Assembly: GCA_040386535.1 (NCBI GenBank)
Contig: JAZKFH010000013.1
Location: forward strand, 514,827 to 578,826
Source: Myxococcota bacterium
GTDB lineage: Bacteria > Myxococcota_A > UBA796 > SXON01
Direction: 5' to 3'
DNA: 64,000 nt
Part shown: piece by piece, positions 48,834 to 58,415 of the stretch
Layout of the letters: the number at the start of each line of letters is the position of its first letter
Numbering within the stretch: the first letter of the stretch is position 1
Made by a program: the position numbers and the translations under genes
The notes under the pieces: generated by a model
Database searches by the model: none
Seen by the model: only the letters and a program-made list of their open reading frames with translations
What the model was told of the DNA's origin: nothing

Positions 48834-49487
48834 TCAGTCCCGGCGCACCAGCGCGAAGCAGAACGGGAGGGAACCCAGGCGGCCCCACGGCTTTCCGATG
48901 CTCACGTGGTGGGACACCCGGCGCATGAAGTCGCGAGTCCCGTCGTACACGAGCACCTGCGGCCCCCACCAGTTCGGCACGACCTTGGGCCAGCCCTCGG
49001 GCACCTTCCCGTCGGGCACGCGGAGATAGTCCACCACCCAGGCCCCGCGCGGCTCCCACGCCGGGGTGCCGATCGTCGGCACCAGCTGGAAGTAGCCGGG
49101 CCCGATCCACTTGCGGGCGTCGCCCTCGTTGTAGCCGAACAGCCGGGGGGCACCGCCGGGCTCGGGCCGCGCGAAGACCTTCTGGAAGCGTCGCGACGCG
49201 CGCGGCAACGGCAGCGAATTCCAGCCGTCGTGGGCCACCGGCTCGAGCGGGCCCCGGTCGCGGACGAAGTGGGCCTCGTCCAGGGGCGGGGCGTGGGCGG
49301 CCAGCTCGTACAGCCGCGCCAAGGCCTCGCGGCCGCACCCCATCACGGCGTCGAGGCGCCCGGCGTGGTCGAGGGCGTCCAGCTCGTCCCGGAGCGCTCC
49401 GAGCGCGGCCGCGGGGTCGAGGAGCTGGGTGTCGAGGAGCTGGGCGTCGAGCAGCTGCGGATCGCGGAGGCGCGCGTCGAGGTTCAT
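48834..49487 (-). CDS. Hypothetical protein with N-terminal 5-aa repeats
   Basis: ATGA overlap with upstream ORF; DxQLL x3 encoded by 15-nt repeats at 49416-49460. Confidence 0.65.
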   Translation of the reverse strand: MNLDARLRDPQLLDAQLLDTQLLDPAAALGALRDELDALDHAGRLDAVMGCGREALARLYELAAHAPPLDEAHFVRDRGPLEPVAHDGWNSLPLPRASRRFQKVFARPEPGGAPRLFGYNEGDARKWIGPGYFQLVPTIGTPAWEPRGAWVVDYLRVPDGKVPEGWPKVVPNWWGPQVLVYDGTRDFMRRVSHHVSIGKPWGRLGSLPFCFALVRRD

Positions 49488-52060
49488 GGGGCGGCGCTCC
49501 CGGCGCCACGCGGCGCACCGTCGGGGAGGGGAGCCGCGGCCGGCGGCTCTCCGGTGACGAGGGACTCGCCGGCCGGGAACGCGGGCCGCGAGGGCTCGAG
49601 GAGGCTGAGCGCCGTGAACATCACGAACGGGGCGCCGGGCCCGGACGAGAGCTCGACCACCACGTTCTCGGCGGTCGACCCGACGGGCGCGGGGAGGTCC
49701 CAGCTCGGCGGCGTGGTCGCGATGCCGGCGAGGGGCGCGTCGCCTTCGAACAGCAGCTCGCCGTCGACGAGCAGGCGCACGGTGAGACGCGCGGTCGGGT
49801 CCGTGCCGCCGAAGTCCGCGGCCGTCAGCTCCAGGCGGCTGGCGCCCCGGGAGAGGCGACGGAGCTGCTCGGCGCCGACCTGGAACCGGGCCACGTCACC
49901 CGGATAGAGCCAACGACCCGTGCGGCACGTGCGGTCCGGCGAGAGCGCCGCGGTGTAGGCCCGGCCGTTCTCGAGCGGGGAGCTGCCGTCGACGGTGGAG
50001 AATAGGACGCCGAACGCCGTGTGCATGTAGCCGCCCGGCGACTCCTTGATGAGGCGGGGGGAGGTGTTCGGCCCGGGGAGCGGCACGCCGTCCTCCGAGA
50101 TGATGACCGGGGAGCAGCCCGCGACGCCCGACACCCGGTACACCAGGTCCGACTCCGGGGCCTCGAGGGCCGAGGAGTCGATCCGCCACCCGCCGTCCTT
50201 GGCCGGCCCGACCTTGCCGAGCGGCCCGAGCGGCGGCGGCGTGGTGTCGACCGTGAGCTCGCCCTTGAAGAGGTCCACCGTGCGCCCGGTGTCCGCGCCG
50301 CCGACCATGTACCAGGGCGCGGCCTCGTTCCCCGCGACGACGCGCCGCACGAGCAGCCACGGACCGTCGGCCGGAGAGCGCACCTCCACCGTCCAGGGGC
50401 CCTTCGGCGCCGGTCCCAGCAGCGTCGCGCCGCCGAGCGTCGCCGAGCCGACGCTGCTCACCGGCACGAGCGGCTCGGTGCCACCCTCCCAGCTGACGAC
50501 CGCGGGCGACGTGCCCGGGATGGCGACGAGCGCCTCGACGTAGACGGCGAACCCCTCCACCGGGCTGTCCCACCCCGCCACCGCGTCGGCACGCATCGTT
50601 GTTCCTGGGTACACCCACAACGCCTCGCGCCCGAAGCGATCGAGCAGTGGGACGGCGTCGCTCACGCCGAGCGTGTACACCCGGGAAGGGACGACATCCG
50701 CCGGGCCGCCCGTGGGTGAGAACTTCAGCACCCCGGCCTGGTGGGCGAAGCTGCCCGAGCACGTGACGTCGAACTCCTCGCGCGAGGCGTGGGGCACCAG
50801 CGCCACCCCATCCTCGAACAGGAGGAGCGGCGAGACGGCGCCGATGCCGAGGCGGCTGAGCACCGCGTCGGACACGCCCTCGAGCCCCTTCGCGCCCACC
50901 TGCCAGCCGCACTCCCACGGCCCCCGCTTGAGCGACGTCAAGGCGGGGAGGGTGGGGCCGGCCCCGTCGCGACGCATCGTCGCGGGGACACGCGGGAGCG
51001 CGGCCTGCCGGAACGGCTCGGTGCCGAGCGCGTCGATGTCGGCGAGCTGGCGGGCCAACGCCGCCGTCAGCAGCGCGCGGCCGTTGCTGTTCATGTGGAT
51101 GCCGTCGCCGTAGGCGGAGGCGGGCAGGCCCAGCGTCGTCAGATCGATGTAGCCGGCGCCCTGCGCGTTCAGCGCGGCCACCATCTCGCGGATCAGCGCC
51201 GGATCGGTGCTGTCGTACGTGTCGACCTTCGAGGCGGCGACAGGCGCCTGCACGAACACGATGCGGGCGCCGTGCGCCGCGGCGAGCCCGATGAGATCGG
51301 GCACGAGGGTCTGGTCCACCGTGGCGTTGCGCAGGGTGCGGGAGCGGGATTCGGCCTCGGCGATGGGGATGGCGCGGTAGCGGGTGGTGGTGTCGGCGCC
51401 GTCGGCCCCGAGCACCGTCTCGAGCGCCGGCTCGGCGTAGGCGCGCCCGGCGGCAAGCAGGCCGTCTGGGCCCGGCGGCGCGAAGAACAGGCCGGCGACC
51501 CCGTCGCGGACGCCGTGCTGAAGGGCCAGCAGCGCCTTCGTCTTGCGGGTGCGGACGCGCTGCCAGAAGGGGCTCGCGGGCTCGCCGCCGAACACCTTCA
51601 GGTCGAGCACGGGCTCGTGCTCGCCCAGGTAGGGGGCGATGAGCAGCCGCTCGAGCTCGCTGTCGAGGGTGGCCCGCAGCGTCGCGCCGGCGGTTCCGTA
51701 CACGATCACGAGCCGGGGGCGGAACCCGGCCTCGAACACGCATCGCTCCAGCGAGGCGTACCACAGCGGCGCGCTCGACCCGGGCCCGCCGACCTTCGCG
51801 ACGGCGCGGATGCCCATCGCCTGCGCGAGGCCGGCGCGGTCGATGTCGGTGCCCGACTTGGAGTTGCCGACGATCACGACATCGTCGCCCGTGCGCTCCA
51901 CCGCCGTGAGGCACGCCCCCACCTCCGGCGCGACCGCCGCGGCGTCGGCCGAGGCCGCCTCCTCCCGTCCCAGGTACAGGAGAGCGAGCGCGACGATCGC
52001 CGTAGGTGCCACCACCGCCAGGACGGCGGCGAGCCTAGAACTGGAAGTAGATGAAGTCAT
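49484..52060 (-). CDS. Membrane-anchored SGNH-like protein with duplicated C-terminal module (MBOAT partner)
   Basis: VVIVGNS block I and GDGIH (DxxH) block V; overlaps MBOAT stop; two SP-x(4)-EDG...H...FS...YT modules. Confidence 0.7.
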   Translation of the reverse strand: MTSSTSSSRLAAVLAVVAPTAIVALALLYLGREEAASADAAAVAPEVGACLTAVERTGDDVVIVGNSKSGTDIDRAGLAQAMGIRAVAKVGGPGSSAPLWYASLERCVFEAGFRPRLVIVYGTAGATLRATLDSELERLLIAPYLGEHEPVLDLKVFGGEPASPFWQRVRTRKTKALLALQHGVRDGVAGLFFAPPGPDGLLAAGRAYAEPALETVLGADGADTTTRYRAIPIAEAESRSRTLRNATVDQTLVPDLIGLAAAHGARIVFVQAPVAASKVDTYDSTDPALIREMVAALNAQGAGYIDLTTLGLPASAYGDGIHMNSNGRALLTAALARQLADIDALGTEPFRQAALPRVPATMRRDGAGPTLPALTSLKRGPWECGWQVGAKGLEGVSDAVLSRLGIGAVSPLLLFEDGVALVPHASREEFDVTCSGSFAHQAGVLKFSPTGGPADVVPSRVYTLGVSDAVPLLDRFGREALWVYPGTTMRADAVAGWDSPVEGFAVYVEALVAIPGTSPAVVSWEGGTEPLVPVSSVGSATLGGATLLGPAPKGPWTVEVRSPADGPWLLVRRVVAGNEAAPWYMVGGADTGRTVDLFKGELTVDTTPPPLGPLGKVGPAKDGGWRIDSSALEAPESDLVYRVSGVAGCSPVIISEDGVPLPGPNTSPRLIKESPGGYMHTAFGVLFSTVDGSSPLENGRAYTAALSPDRTCRTGRWLYPGDVARFQVGAEQLRRLSRGASRLELTAADFGGTDPTARLTVRLLVDGELLFEGDAPLAGIATTPPSWDLPAPVGSTAENVVVELSSGPGAPFVMFTALSLLEPSRPAFPAGESLVTGEPPAAAPLPDGAPRGAGSAAP

Positions 52061-53444
52061 TGGCCGACATGCGAGCGAAGGTGAACATCGCGAGGCCGAA
52101 GCTCGCCCAGGCGGCGGTCTGCATCGGCAGGTACCACGGGCTCGTCTCGACACGGGGGAGGACCCACTTCTCCACGGCGAGCGCGAGGAGAAGGGGAGTG
52201 GAGAGCACCAACGTCATGCCGAGCACGACGGCGGCGGTCAGGGTCTGCTCGGGCGTGGCGACGAAGGGGTTCTGCGTCAGCAGCGCCACGATCCGCGAGA
52301 CGTCGAGCTCGCGGAACAGGAACCAGCCGAAGCAGGTGAACCCGAACATGATCGCGATCGCGACGTAGCGGGAGCCGGGCATCGTCCGCAACGGCGCGGG
52401 GATGCGCGGCACGACGAGGCGGTACCCCGTCAGCAGCGCGCCGTGGTAGGCGCCCCAGAGCGCGAAGTTCCACGACGCGCCGTGCCAGATGCCCGAGAGC
52501 ACCATGGCCGCGAACGTGTTGCGCGTGCTGAACCAGAAGCCGCCGCGCGACCCGCCGAACGGGATGTAGACGTAGTCCCGGATCCAGGTCGAGAAGGAGA
52601 TGTGCCACCGGTTCCAGAAGTCCGATGGATTGGTGGCGAGGTAGGGGTGACGGAAGTTCTCCATCAGGTCCCAGCCGAGCATGCGGGCAACGCCGCGCGC
52701 AATGTCGGTGTACCCGGAGAAGTCCGTGAGGATCTGGAGCGAGAACGCCACGGTCCCGGCGATCACCATGGACGTGGAGGGGTCCGCCACGGAGAAGATC
52801 TTGTCCGTGTAGGGCGAGATGCTGTCGGCGATGCAGATCTTCTTGAATGCGCCCCACATCGCGAGGGCGAAGCCGGAACGCAGGTTGCCCCAATCAAAGC
52901 GGCGCTCCTCCTCGGCCTGCTGGAGCAGGTTGCTCGCCCGCTGGACCGGCCCGGCGACGAGGTGCGCGAAGAAGCTCACCGCGAGGAGGTAGTCGAGCAG
53001 GTTCTTGCGCGGCTTCAGCTCGCCCCGGTACACGTCGAACGAGTACGCCATGGACTGGAACGTGTAGAACGAGATGCCCGCCGGGAGCAGGATCCCGAGC
53101 GGGGTCAGCGAGTTCGACACGCCGAGCGCGGTGAGCGCGCCAGCGGCGCTCTCGATGAAGAAGTCCCAGTACTTGTAGTACCCGAGCAGCGCGAGGTTGG
53201 CGGTGATGCTCACGATGAGCACGAGCTTCTTGCGGTCGGGCCAGCGCTCCATCGCGAGCCCGGCGCCGTAGTCCAGCAGGGCCGCCACGTAGAGCAGGAT
53301 GAGCCACCACGGGTGCACCCACCCGTAGAAGACGGCGCTCGCGACAAGGAGCAGGACGTTCTGAGCCAGCCGCGCCCGGATTCCCCAATAGAGGGCGAAC
53401 ACGATGGCAAAGAAGGCCAGGAATTCCACCTGGACGAAGGTCAA
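52035..53444 (-). CDS. MBOAT family O-acyltransferase (AlgI/DltB-like)
   Basis: LPAGISFYTFQ, LVAGP, DFSGYTDIA, FWNRWHISFSTW.RDYVYIP, GIWHGA; TTG start with GAGGAG RBS. Confidence 0.95.
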   Translation of the reverse strand: MTFVQVEFLAFFAIVFALYWGIRARLAQNVLLLVASAVFYGWVHPWWLILLYVAALLDYGAGLAMERWPDRKKLVLIVSITANLALLGYYKYWDFFIESAAGALTALGVSNSLTPLGILLPAGISFYTFQSMAYSFDVYRGELKPRKNLLDYLLAVSFFAHLVAGPVQRASNLLQQAEEERRFDWGNLRSGFALAMWGAFKKICIADSISPYTDKIFSVADPSTSMVIAGTVAFSLQILTDFSGYTDIARGVARMLGWDLMENFRHPYLATNPSDFWNRWHISFSTWIRDYVYIPFGGSRGGFWFSTRNTFAAMVLSGIWHGASWNFALWGAYHGALLTGYRLVVPRIPAPLRTMPGSRYVAIAIMFGFTCFGWFLFRELDVSRIVALLTQNPFVATPEQTLTAAVVLGMTLVLSTPLLLALAVEKWVLPRVETSPWYLPMQTAAWASFGLAMFTFARMSANDFIYFQF

Positions 53445-53493
53445 GAGCGGGCTCCTCGGGCCGGCAGACTATCAGAAGGCGGACGCGACGTCT

Positions 53494-54072
53494 TCAATCG
53501 TCGATCGCGTCGCACCAGAACGGGATCGGCTGGGGGGTGATCGTCGTGTTGCCCGCGTCGCCCGCGAGCGCCCCGGTCGTGAACGTGCCGTAGGCCCCGT
53601 TCGTGCCGAACCCCTCGACGACGATCTCGACATCCACGTCTCCGCTGCTGGCCGCGTAGTAGCGCCCGCCGCTGAAGTTCTCGAGGAGCTGCACCGCCAC
53701 CGTGGTGTTGTACGTGCCGCGCCCGACGAAGGGCTCCCGCACGAACAGGCGCAGGTTCCAGCTGAACTCCGTGCCGCTGTCCGCGTAGGTGAGTTGGAAC
53801 TGGTTGTTCGGCGGGTGCGAGCACGTGATCGTGTCGAAGCTCACCGACCCGACCGCGTCCCCCGCGAGCTGGAGCGTGAGCGGCAGCGGGCTGTCCGGCA
53901 GCTCGATCGTGTCGTCCATGCTGCTGGTGTCGGTGTCCGCGTCCGTGTCCGTATCGGTGTCCGCGTCGGTGTCGCTGTCCGTGTCGGCCTCGCCGGTCTC
54001 ACCGGTGTCGTCCGACGCCTTGGGGCCCACGCACGCGAGACCGAGGAGCACGAGAAAGGGGGCGACGGGCAT
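53494..54072 (-). CDS. Hypothetical lipoprotein with Asp/Thr linker
   Basis: LGLAC lipobox followed by DTDSDTDADTDTDTDADTD. Confidence 0.7.
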   Translation of the reverse strand: MPVAPFLVLLGLACVGPKASDDTGETGEADTDSDTDADTDTDTDADTDTSSMDDTIELPDSPLPLTLQLAGDAVGSVSFDTITCSHPPNNQFQLTYADSGTEFSWNLRLFVREPFVGRGTYNTTVAVQLLENFSGGRYYAASSGDVDVEIVVEGFGTNGAYGTFTTGALAGDAGNTTITPQPIPFWCDAIDD

Positions 54073-54211
54073 GGTTGGGTCTCCGGGGGCCAACGTGTAC
54101 CGACGGCGGGCGGTCGTCAATCTTCTCGTTGGGCGCGGCGCGCAAAAGGTCCCAGAGGAGATTGACTTCCCCGACGAGGTTTGCACAATCGCCGCGCCAT
54201 CAAGGAAGCCG

Positions 54212-54841
54212 ATGCCGACTCTTCTCCACATCTCCGCCAGCCCCCTCAGCGACCGTTCCTTCTCCGGCCGCATCGGGGAGGCCTTCGTCGCCTCGTGGCA
54301 GGCGACCAACCCCGAAGGGGTGGTCGACACACTCAACCTCTGGACCGAAGCGCTCCCCGCGTTCGACGCCCAGGCCGCCACGTGGAAGCTCAACACCCTG
54401 GCCGGGGCGGCCGCCACGCCCGAGACCGACGCCGCGTACGCGCGGATCCGCGGCGTCGCCGACCGGTTCCTCGCCGCGGACGCGTACCTGATCTCCTGCC
54501 CGATGTGGAACTTCGGCGTGCCCTACCCGCTCAAGCACTACATCGACGTGCTCGTGCAGCCCGGCCTCACCTACGGCTTCGACCCGGCGCGCGGCTTCTT
54601 CGGGCTGGTCCCCAATCGGCCCGTCCAGCTCGTGCTCACCCGCGGTGGCAGCTTCGCTCCCGGCGCCCCGTTCAACCACCTCGAGTTCCAGCGCCCGTAC
54701 CTCGAGGGTGTGCTCGGGTTCATCGGCCTCACCGACGTGCGCACCGTCGTGATGGACTGCACGGCCTACGGGCCCGCCGTGTCCGATCCGCTCCTCGAGC
54801 AGGCCATCCAGGAAGCCGCCAGCTCCGCCCAGGCGTTCTGA
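54212..54841 (+). CDS. azoR: FMN-dependent NADH-azoreductase
   Basis: HISASP, PMWNFGVP..LKHYID, TRGG, YL..VLGFIG. Confidence 0.92.
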   Translation: MPTLLHISASPLSDRSFSGRIGEAFVASWQATNPEGVVDTLNLWTEALPAFDAQAATWKLNTLAGAAATPETDAAYARIRGVADRFLAADAYLISCPMWNFGVPYPLKHYIDVLVQPGLTYGFDPARGFFGLVPNRPVQLVLTRGGSFAPGAPFNHLEFQRPYLEGVLGFIGLTDVRTVVMDCTAYGPAVSDPLLEQAIQEAASSAQAF

Positions 54842-54893
54842 TGCCGCCGCCGGGCGGGGCGCCATCGCGCTCCGCTCGGCCCGCGCCCGCTCG

Positions 54894-54947
54894 TGCCCGC
54901 GCCGTCAGGCGTTCTTGACCTGCCCGCGCCGTCAGGCGTTTTTCACC
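54894..54947. repeat. 27-nt tandem duplication spanning a gene 3' end
   Basis: 54894-54920 and 54921-54947 are 25/27 identical. Confidence 0.85.
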
Positions 54948-55141
54948 TGACTGTGCGCCTGCACGGCCGAGATGATGTGGCACACCCAGCCGAGCAGACC
55001 GCCGGTGCCGATCCAGAACCCGGGCGTCAGGATGAGCCAGAAGATGCCCCATCCCCACCGGCCGGCGTAGAACTGGCCGATGCCCGGTACCACGAGGGAA
55101 AGGACGGCGCCGATACCGGGATCTTTGGTGCGTAGGGCCAT
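54932..55141 (-). CDS. Small membrane protein (TM2-like)
   Basis: KDPGIGAVLSLVVPGIGQFYAG motif; GGAGGT RBS before ATG 55141. Confidence 0.75.
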   Translation of the reverse strand: MALRTKDPGIGAVLSLVVPGIGQFYAGRWGWGIFWLILTPGFWIGTGGLLGWVCHIISAVQAHSQVKNA

Positions 55142-55286
55142 GCGGACCTCCGGCATCGTAATAAGCCCGCGCGTCCTCACCGGCGACCCTGTTGCCTCCC
55201 GGTTGGCTCGAGCGCGGCCGCGCGACAGAGGAACACATCGTCGGTCTCGACGTTTCCGGCACCCTCGCGATAATGTCTCGTTACCG

Positions 55287-56117
55287 ATGAAGATCCCCGA
55301 CCGCCTCCTCCCGTTGCTCGAGCAAGGGCTCATCCACGAGGTCGTGCGCCCGTTGATGAGCGGCAAGGAAGCCGCCGTCTACATCGTGCACAACGCCGAG
55401 GCCTACCTCGTGGCGAAGGTGTACAAGGAGGCCAACAATCGGAGCTTCCGCCAGCGCACCGCCTACACGGAGGGGCGCCAGGTCCGGAACAGCCGGCAGC
55501 GCCGCGCGATGGAGAAGGGGTCGAAGTACGGCAAGGAGCAGCAGGAGGCGGCGTGGCAGACCGCCGAGGTCGACGCGCTCGAGAAGCTCGGCGCCGCCGG
55601 CGTGCGCGTCCCGAAGGTGCTCGCGTTCTCCGAGGGCGTGCTGCTCATGGAGATCATGCTCGATCCGAACGGCCAGCCCGCGCCCCGCTTGTGTGACTGC
55701 GATTTCACGCCAGAGCAGGCCTGGAACACGCATCAGTTCGTGGTGCGCCAGGTCGTGCGGATGTTGTGCGCCGGGCTCATCCACGGCGATCTGTCCGAGT
55801 ACAACGTGCTCCTCGCGGCGGACGGTCCGGTGATCATCGATCTGCCGCAGGCGATCGATGCGGCGCACAACCAGCAGGCCCGCGCCCTGCTCATCCGCGA
55901 CGTCGACAACCTGACCGCGTTCCTCGCCCGTTTCGCACCCGACCTCGCGGACACCCGCTTCGGCCAGGAGATCTGGGGCCTCTACGAGCGCGCGCAGCTC
56001 ACCCCGGACTCGGTGCTCACCGGGCGGTGGCGCGGGTCGAACCGCCGGGCCGACACGAACGCGGTCATGCGGGAGATCGAGGCGGCGGCGCGTGAAGCGC
56101 GGATGCGACGGGGCTGA
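55287..56117 (+). CDS. RIO1-like atypical Ser/Thr kinase
   Basis: LMSGKEAAVY, AKVYK, IHGDLSEYNVL, IIDLPQA. Confidence 0.92.
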   Translation: MKIPDRLLPLLEQGLIHEVVRPLMSGKEAAVYIVHNAEAYLVAKVYKEANNRSFRQRTAYTEGRQVRNSRQRRAMEKGSKYGKEQQEAAWQTAEVDALEKLGAAGVRVPKVLAFSEGVLLMEIMLDPNGQPAPRLCDCDFTPEQAWNTHQFVVRQVVRMLCAGLIHGDLSEYNVLLAADGPVIIDLPQAIDAAHNQQARALLIRDVDNLTAFLARFAPDLADTRFGQEIWGLYERAQLTPDSVLTGRWRGSNRRADTNAVMREIEAAAREARMRRG

Positions 56118-56135
56118 AGCCGGGGCGGGGGCGAA

Positions 56136-57161
56136 TCAGCCGCCGATCTGCTTCTTGGCCCGCGCGCTCTTCCAGCGCATGATCGCGTCGAACAGGCGCA
56201 TGTAGGCGGGCGTGGCACTCGCCTCCGACTTGGGTTGGTACGCGTCGCACACGTACGGCACGTACATGCTCCGCCGCAGGCTCGCCCAGCCGGTCTCGGG
56301 GGAGGCCTCGACGCGGTGCCACATCCGGCCGTCGTGCACCGTCAGATCCCCCGGCCAGGTCTCCACGGCCACCTCGCGGCGATCGGGCGCCTGGGTGACG
56401 AAGTGGATCTTGCGGAACAGCGTCGACCAGACGCCCTGCGTGTGGGTGCCGGGGAGCAGGCGGAGCCCGCCGTCCGCGGGGCGGATGCGATCGAAGTGCA
56501 GGCCCACGTTCAGCATGGGGCCGGGCATCGCGCGGTTGTAGAACACGTCCCGCAGCGCGTCGGTGTGCCACGCGAGGCTGGGGCGCAAGCTGCCCTCGGC
56601 GCGGACGTAGCGGTTGAACACCACGCCGTCCTTCTCCTCGTCGCCGATGCGGGCGTCCTCTCCCACGAGGCGGCGGATGGGCTCGAAGCGGGCGTCGCGC
56701 ACGAACGCGGCGAGGAACGTGCTGTAGACCGAGGTGAACCCCATGCGGAACAGGAAGTCCTTTCCGTCCGGGTCGAGCCCGAACCAGACGGGCACGCCGT
56801 ACACCTTGGTCTTGCCGGCGGCGAGCAGCTCGGCCTCGATACGGTCGACCTCGGCCAGGATCCCGTCGACCTCGGGGCGCGCGGCCACCCGGTCGAACAC
56901 GAGGTACCCGTGGCGGGCCAGGAAGGCGTGTTGCACGGGGGTGAGCGCGTCGCGAAGGCGGAAGCGCACGCCGAGGGGGAGGCTGGCGGCGATGCGCGTC
57001 GCGTCGGCGGGGGCTGCGGTCAGCAGGGCGCCCTCGTCGAACACCGGAGGGGGCACGTCGGCGTCCACGCAGCGCGGCGGATGCTTCGGGGGCGGGAGCG
57101 CGTGGGTCGAGGCGGCGCCGAGGGGTGCAGCGTCCAGGGAGGCGGCGTGCGGGGCGGACAT
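56136..57161 (-). CDS. Phytanoyl-CoA dioxygenase (PhyH) family Fe(II)/2-oxoglutarate enzyme
   Basis: WHTD (HxD), GGLRLLPGTH, GDLTVHDGRMWH, downstream RRS. Confidence 0.85.
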   Translation of the reverse strand: MSAPHAASLDAAPLGAASTHALPPPKHPPRCVDADVPPPVFDEGALLTAAPADATRIAASLPLGVRFRLRDALTPVQHAFLARHGYLVFDRVAARPEVDGILAEVDRIEAELLAAGKTKVYGVPVWFGLDPDGKDFLFRMGFTSVYSTFLAAFVRDARFEPIRRLVGEDARIGDEEKDGVVFNRYVRAEGSLRPSLAWHTDALRDVFYNRAMPGPMLNVGLHFDRIRPADGGLRLLPGTHTQGVWSTLFRKIHFVTQAPDRREVAVETWPGDLTVHDGRMWHRVEASPETGWASLRRSMYVPYVCDAYQPKSEASATPAYMRLFDAIMRWKSARAKKQIGG

Positions 57162-57183
57162 GGGGGAGCTCCAGCGCGTCCGC

Positions 57184-57213
57184 ATTCTAATCAATCGTTT
57201 GATTGACTGTCAA
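57184..57213 (-). promoter_or_regulatory. Sigma70-type promoter (TTGACA-N18-TAGAAT) with palindromic operator in the spacer
   Basis: -35 at 57213-57208, -10 at 57189-57184; dyads TCAATC-N4-GATTGA and AATCAA-N4-TTGATT. Confidence 0.75.
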
Positions 57214-57249
57214 GTGGTCGACCGGCTCCGCCGTCTCTACCTTCGAGGC

Positions 57250-58359
57250 ATGAAGCGGTGGCCCGTCGCTCTCCCCGTGGTGCTCCTCCTCGCGTGCGGT
57301 GAGCAGCGGGATCCCGACGGCGACACGTTTCCGTTCGCCGACGGCGTCGTCTACGAGCTCGCGCTGGAGCTCCCGCCCGCCTCGGTCGACGCGCTCGTGC
57401 ACGGCGGCGACTACGTCCCGGCCACGTTCACCTATGACGGCGAGTCGGCCCCCGCGGGCGTGCGCACCAAGGGGTCGAGCACCTACGAGGACCTCGACGG
57501 CAAGCCCTCGCTCAAGGTCTCCTTCAGCACCTTCTCCTCCGGCACCACGTTCCGGGGCGTCGAGCGCCTGACGCTCAACAACATGAAGTTCGACGAGACG
57601 AAGCTCCGCGAGGCCGCGGCCTACCGCCTGTACCGGCAGATGGGCGTGCCCGGGCCCCGCGCCGGCTATGCGCGCGTCCAGATCAACGGCGAGGACTACG
57701 GCCTGTACAGCGTCATCGAGAACATGGACGAGAACTTCCTCGCGCGCGCCTTCCCCGGCGACGCGGGCGGCCAGCTCTACGACGCGGTGTTCAACTTCGG
57801 CGATCTCACCGAGGGCGGCGTCAAGAACTTCGAGCTGGAGGAGGGTGACCCGGCGACCGCGACCGCCGCCCTCGGCGCGCTCGTCGACGAACTGGACGAG
57901 GGCGACATCCTCGACGTGCTCGAGCAACGCTTCGACCTGGACGCGACGCTCGCCTTCCTCGCCGTCGATCTGTTGAGCGCGAATTGGGACGGCTACTCCC
58001 GCAACACCAACAACTTCCTGCTCTACCACGCGCCCGTCGCCGACCGGTGGTCGTTCGTGCCCTGGGGCCAGGACACCGCGTTCCGGGGCGACGGCCGCCT
58101 GTACGACGGGATCCGTGCCCGCGTCACGGCGGCCTGCCGAAAGGACGAGGACTGCGCGGCCCTGTTGGAGGAGCGCATCCGGGACACGATGGTGGTCTGG
58201 GAGGAGGACGACCTGCACGGGTGGACCGAGCGCCTCTCCACAATCGTGTTCCCGGCGTGTGAATCCGATCCCAGGCGCCACGGTGAGTGTGAGCCGGAGG
58301 ACATCCTCGACCACCTCGCGAGCCGACCGGACGCCGTACGCGGTGAGATCGGGCCATAG
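57250..58359 (+). CDS. CotH kinase family lipoprotein
   Basis: LLAC lipobox; GVRTKG, KPSLKV, LTLNN, LREAAAY, YGLY..IE, NWDGY...NNF, PWGQD. Confidence 0.88.
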   Translation: MKRWPVALPVVLLLACGEQRDPDGDTFPFADGVVYELALELPPASVDALVHGGDYVPATFTYDGESAPAGVRTKGSSTYEDLDGKPSLKVSFSTFSSGTTFRGVERLTLNNMKFDETKLREAAAYRLYRQMGVPGPRAGYARVQINGEDYGLYSVIENMDENFLARAFPGDAGGQLYDAVFNFGDLTEGGVKNFELEEGDPATATAALGALVDELDEGDILDVLEQRFDLDATLAFLAVDLLSANWDGYSRNTNNFLLYHAPVADRWSFVPWGQDTAFRGDGRLYDGIRARVTAACRKDEDCAALLEERIRDTMVVWEEDDLHGWTERLSTIVFPACESDPRRHGECEPEDILDHLASRPDAVRGEIGP

Positions 58360-58415
58360 GAGCCCGTGTCTCCGGGCGTTGCGGGGCGGGCCCCGCCCCA
58401 GGAACCAAACCCGCC

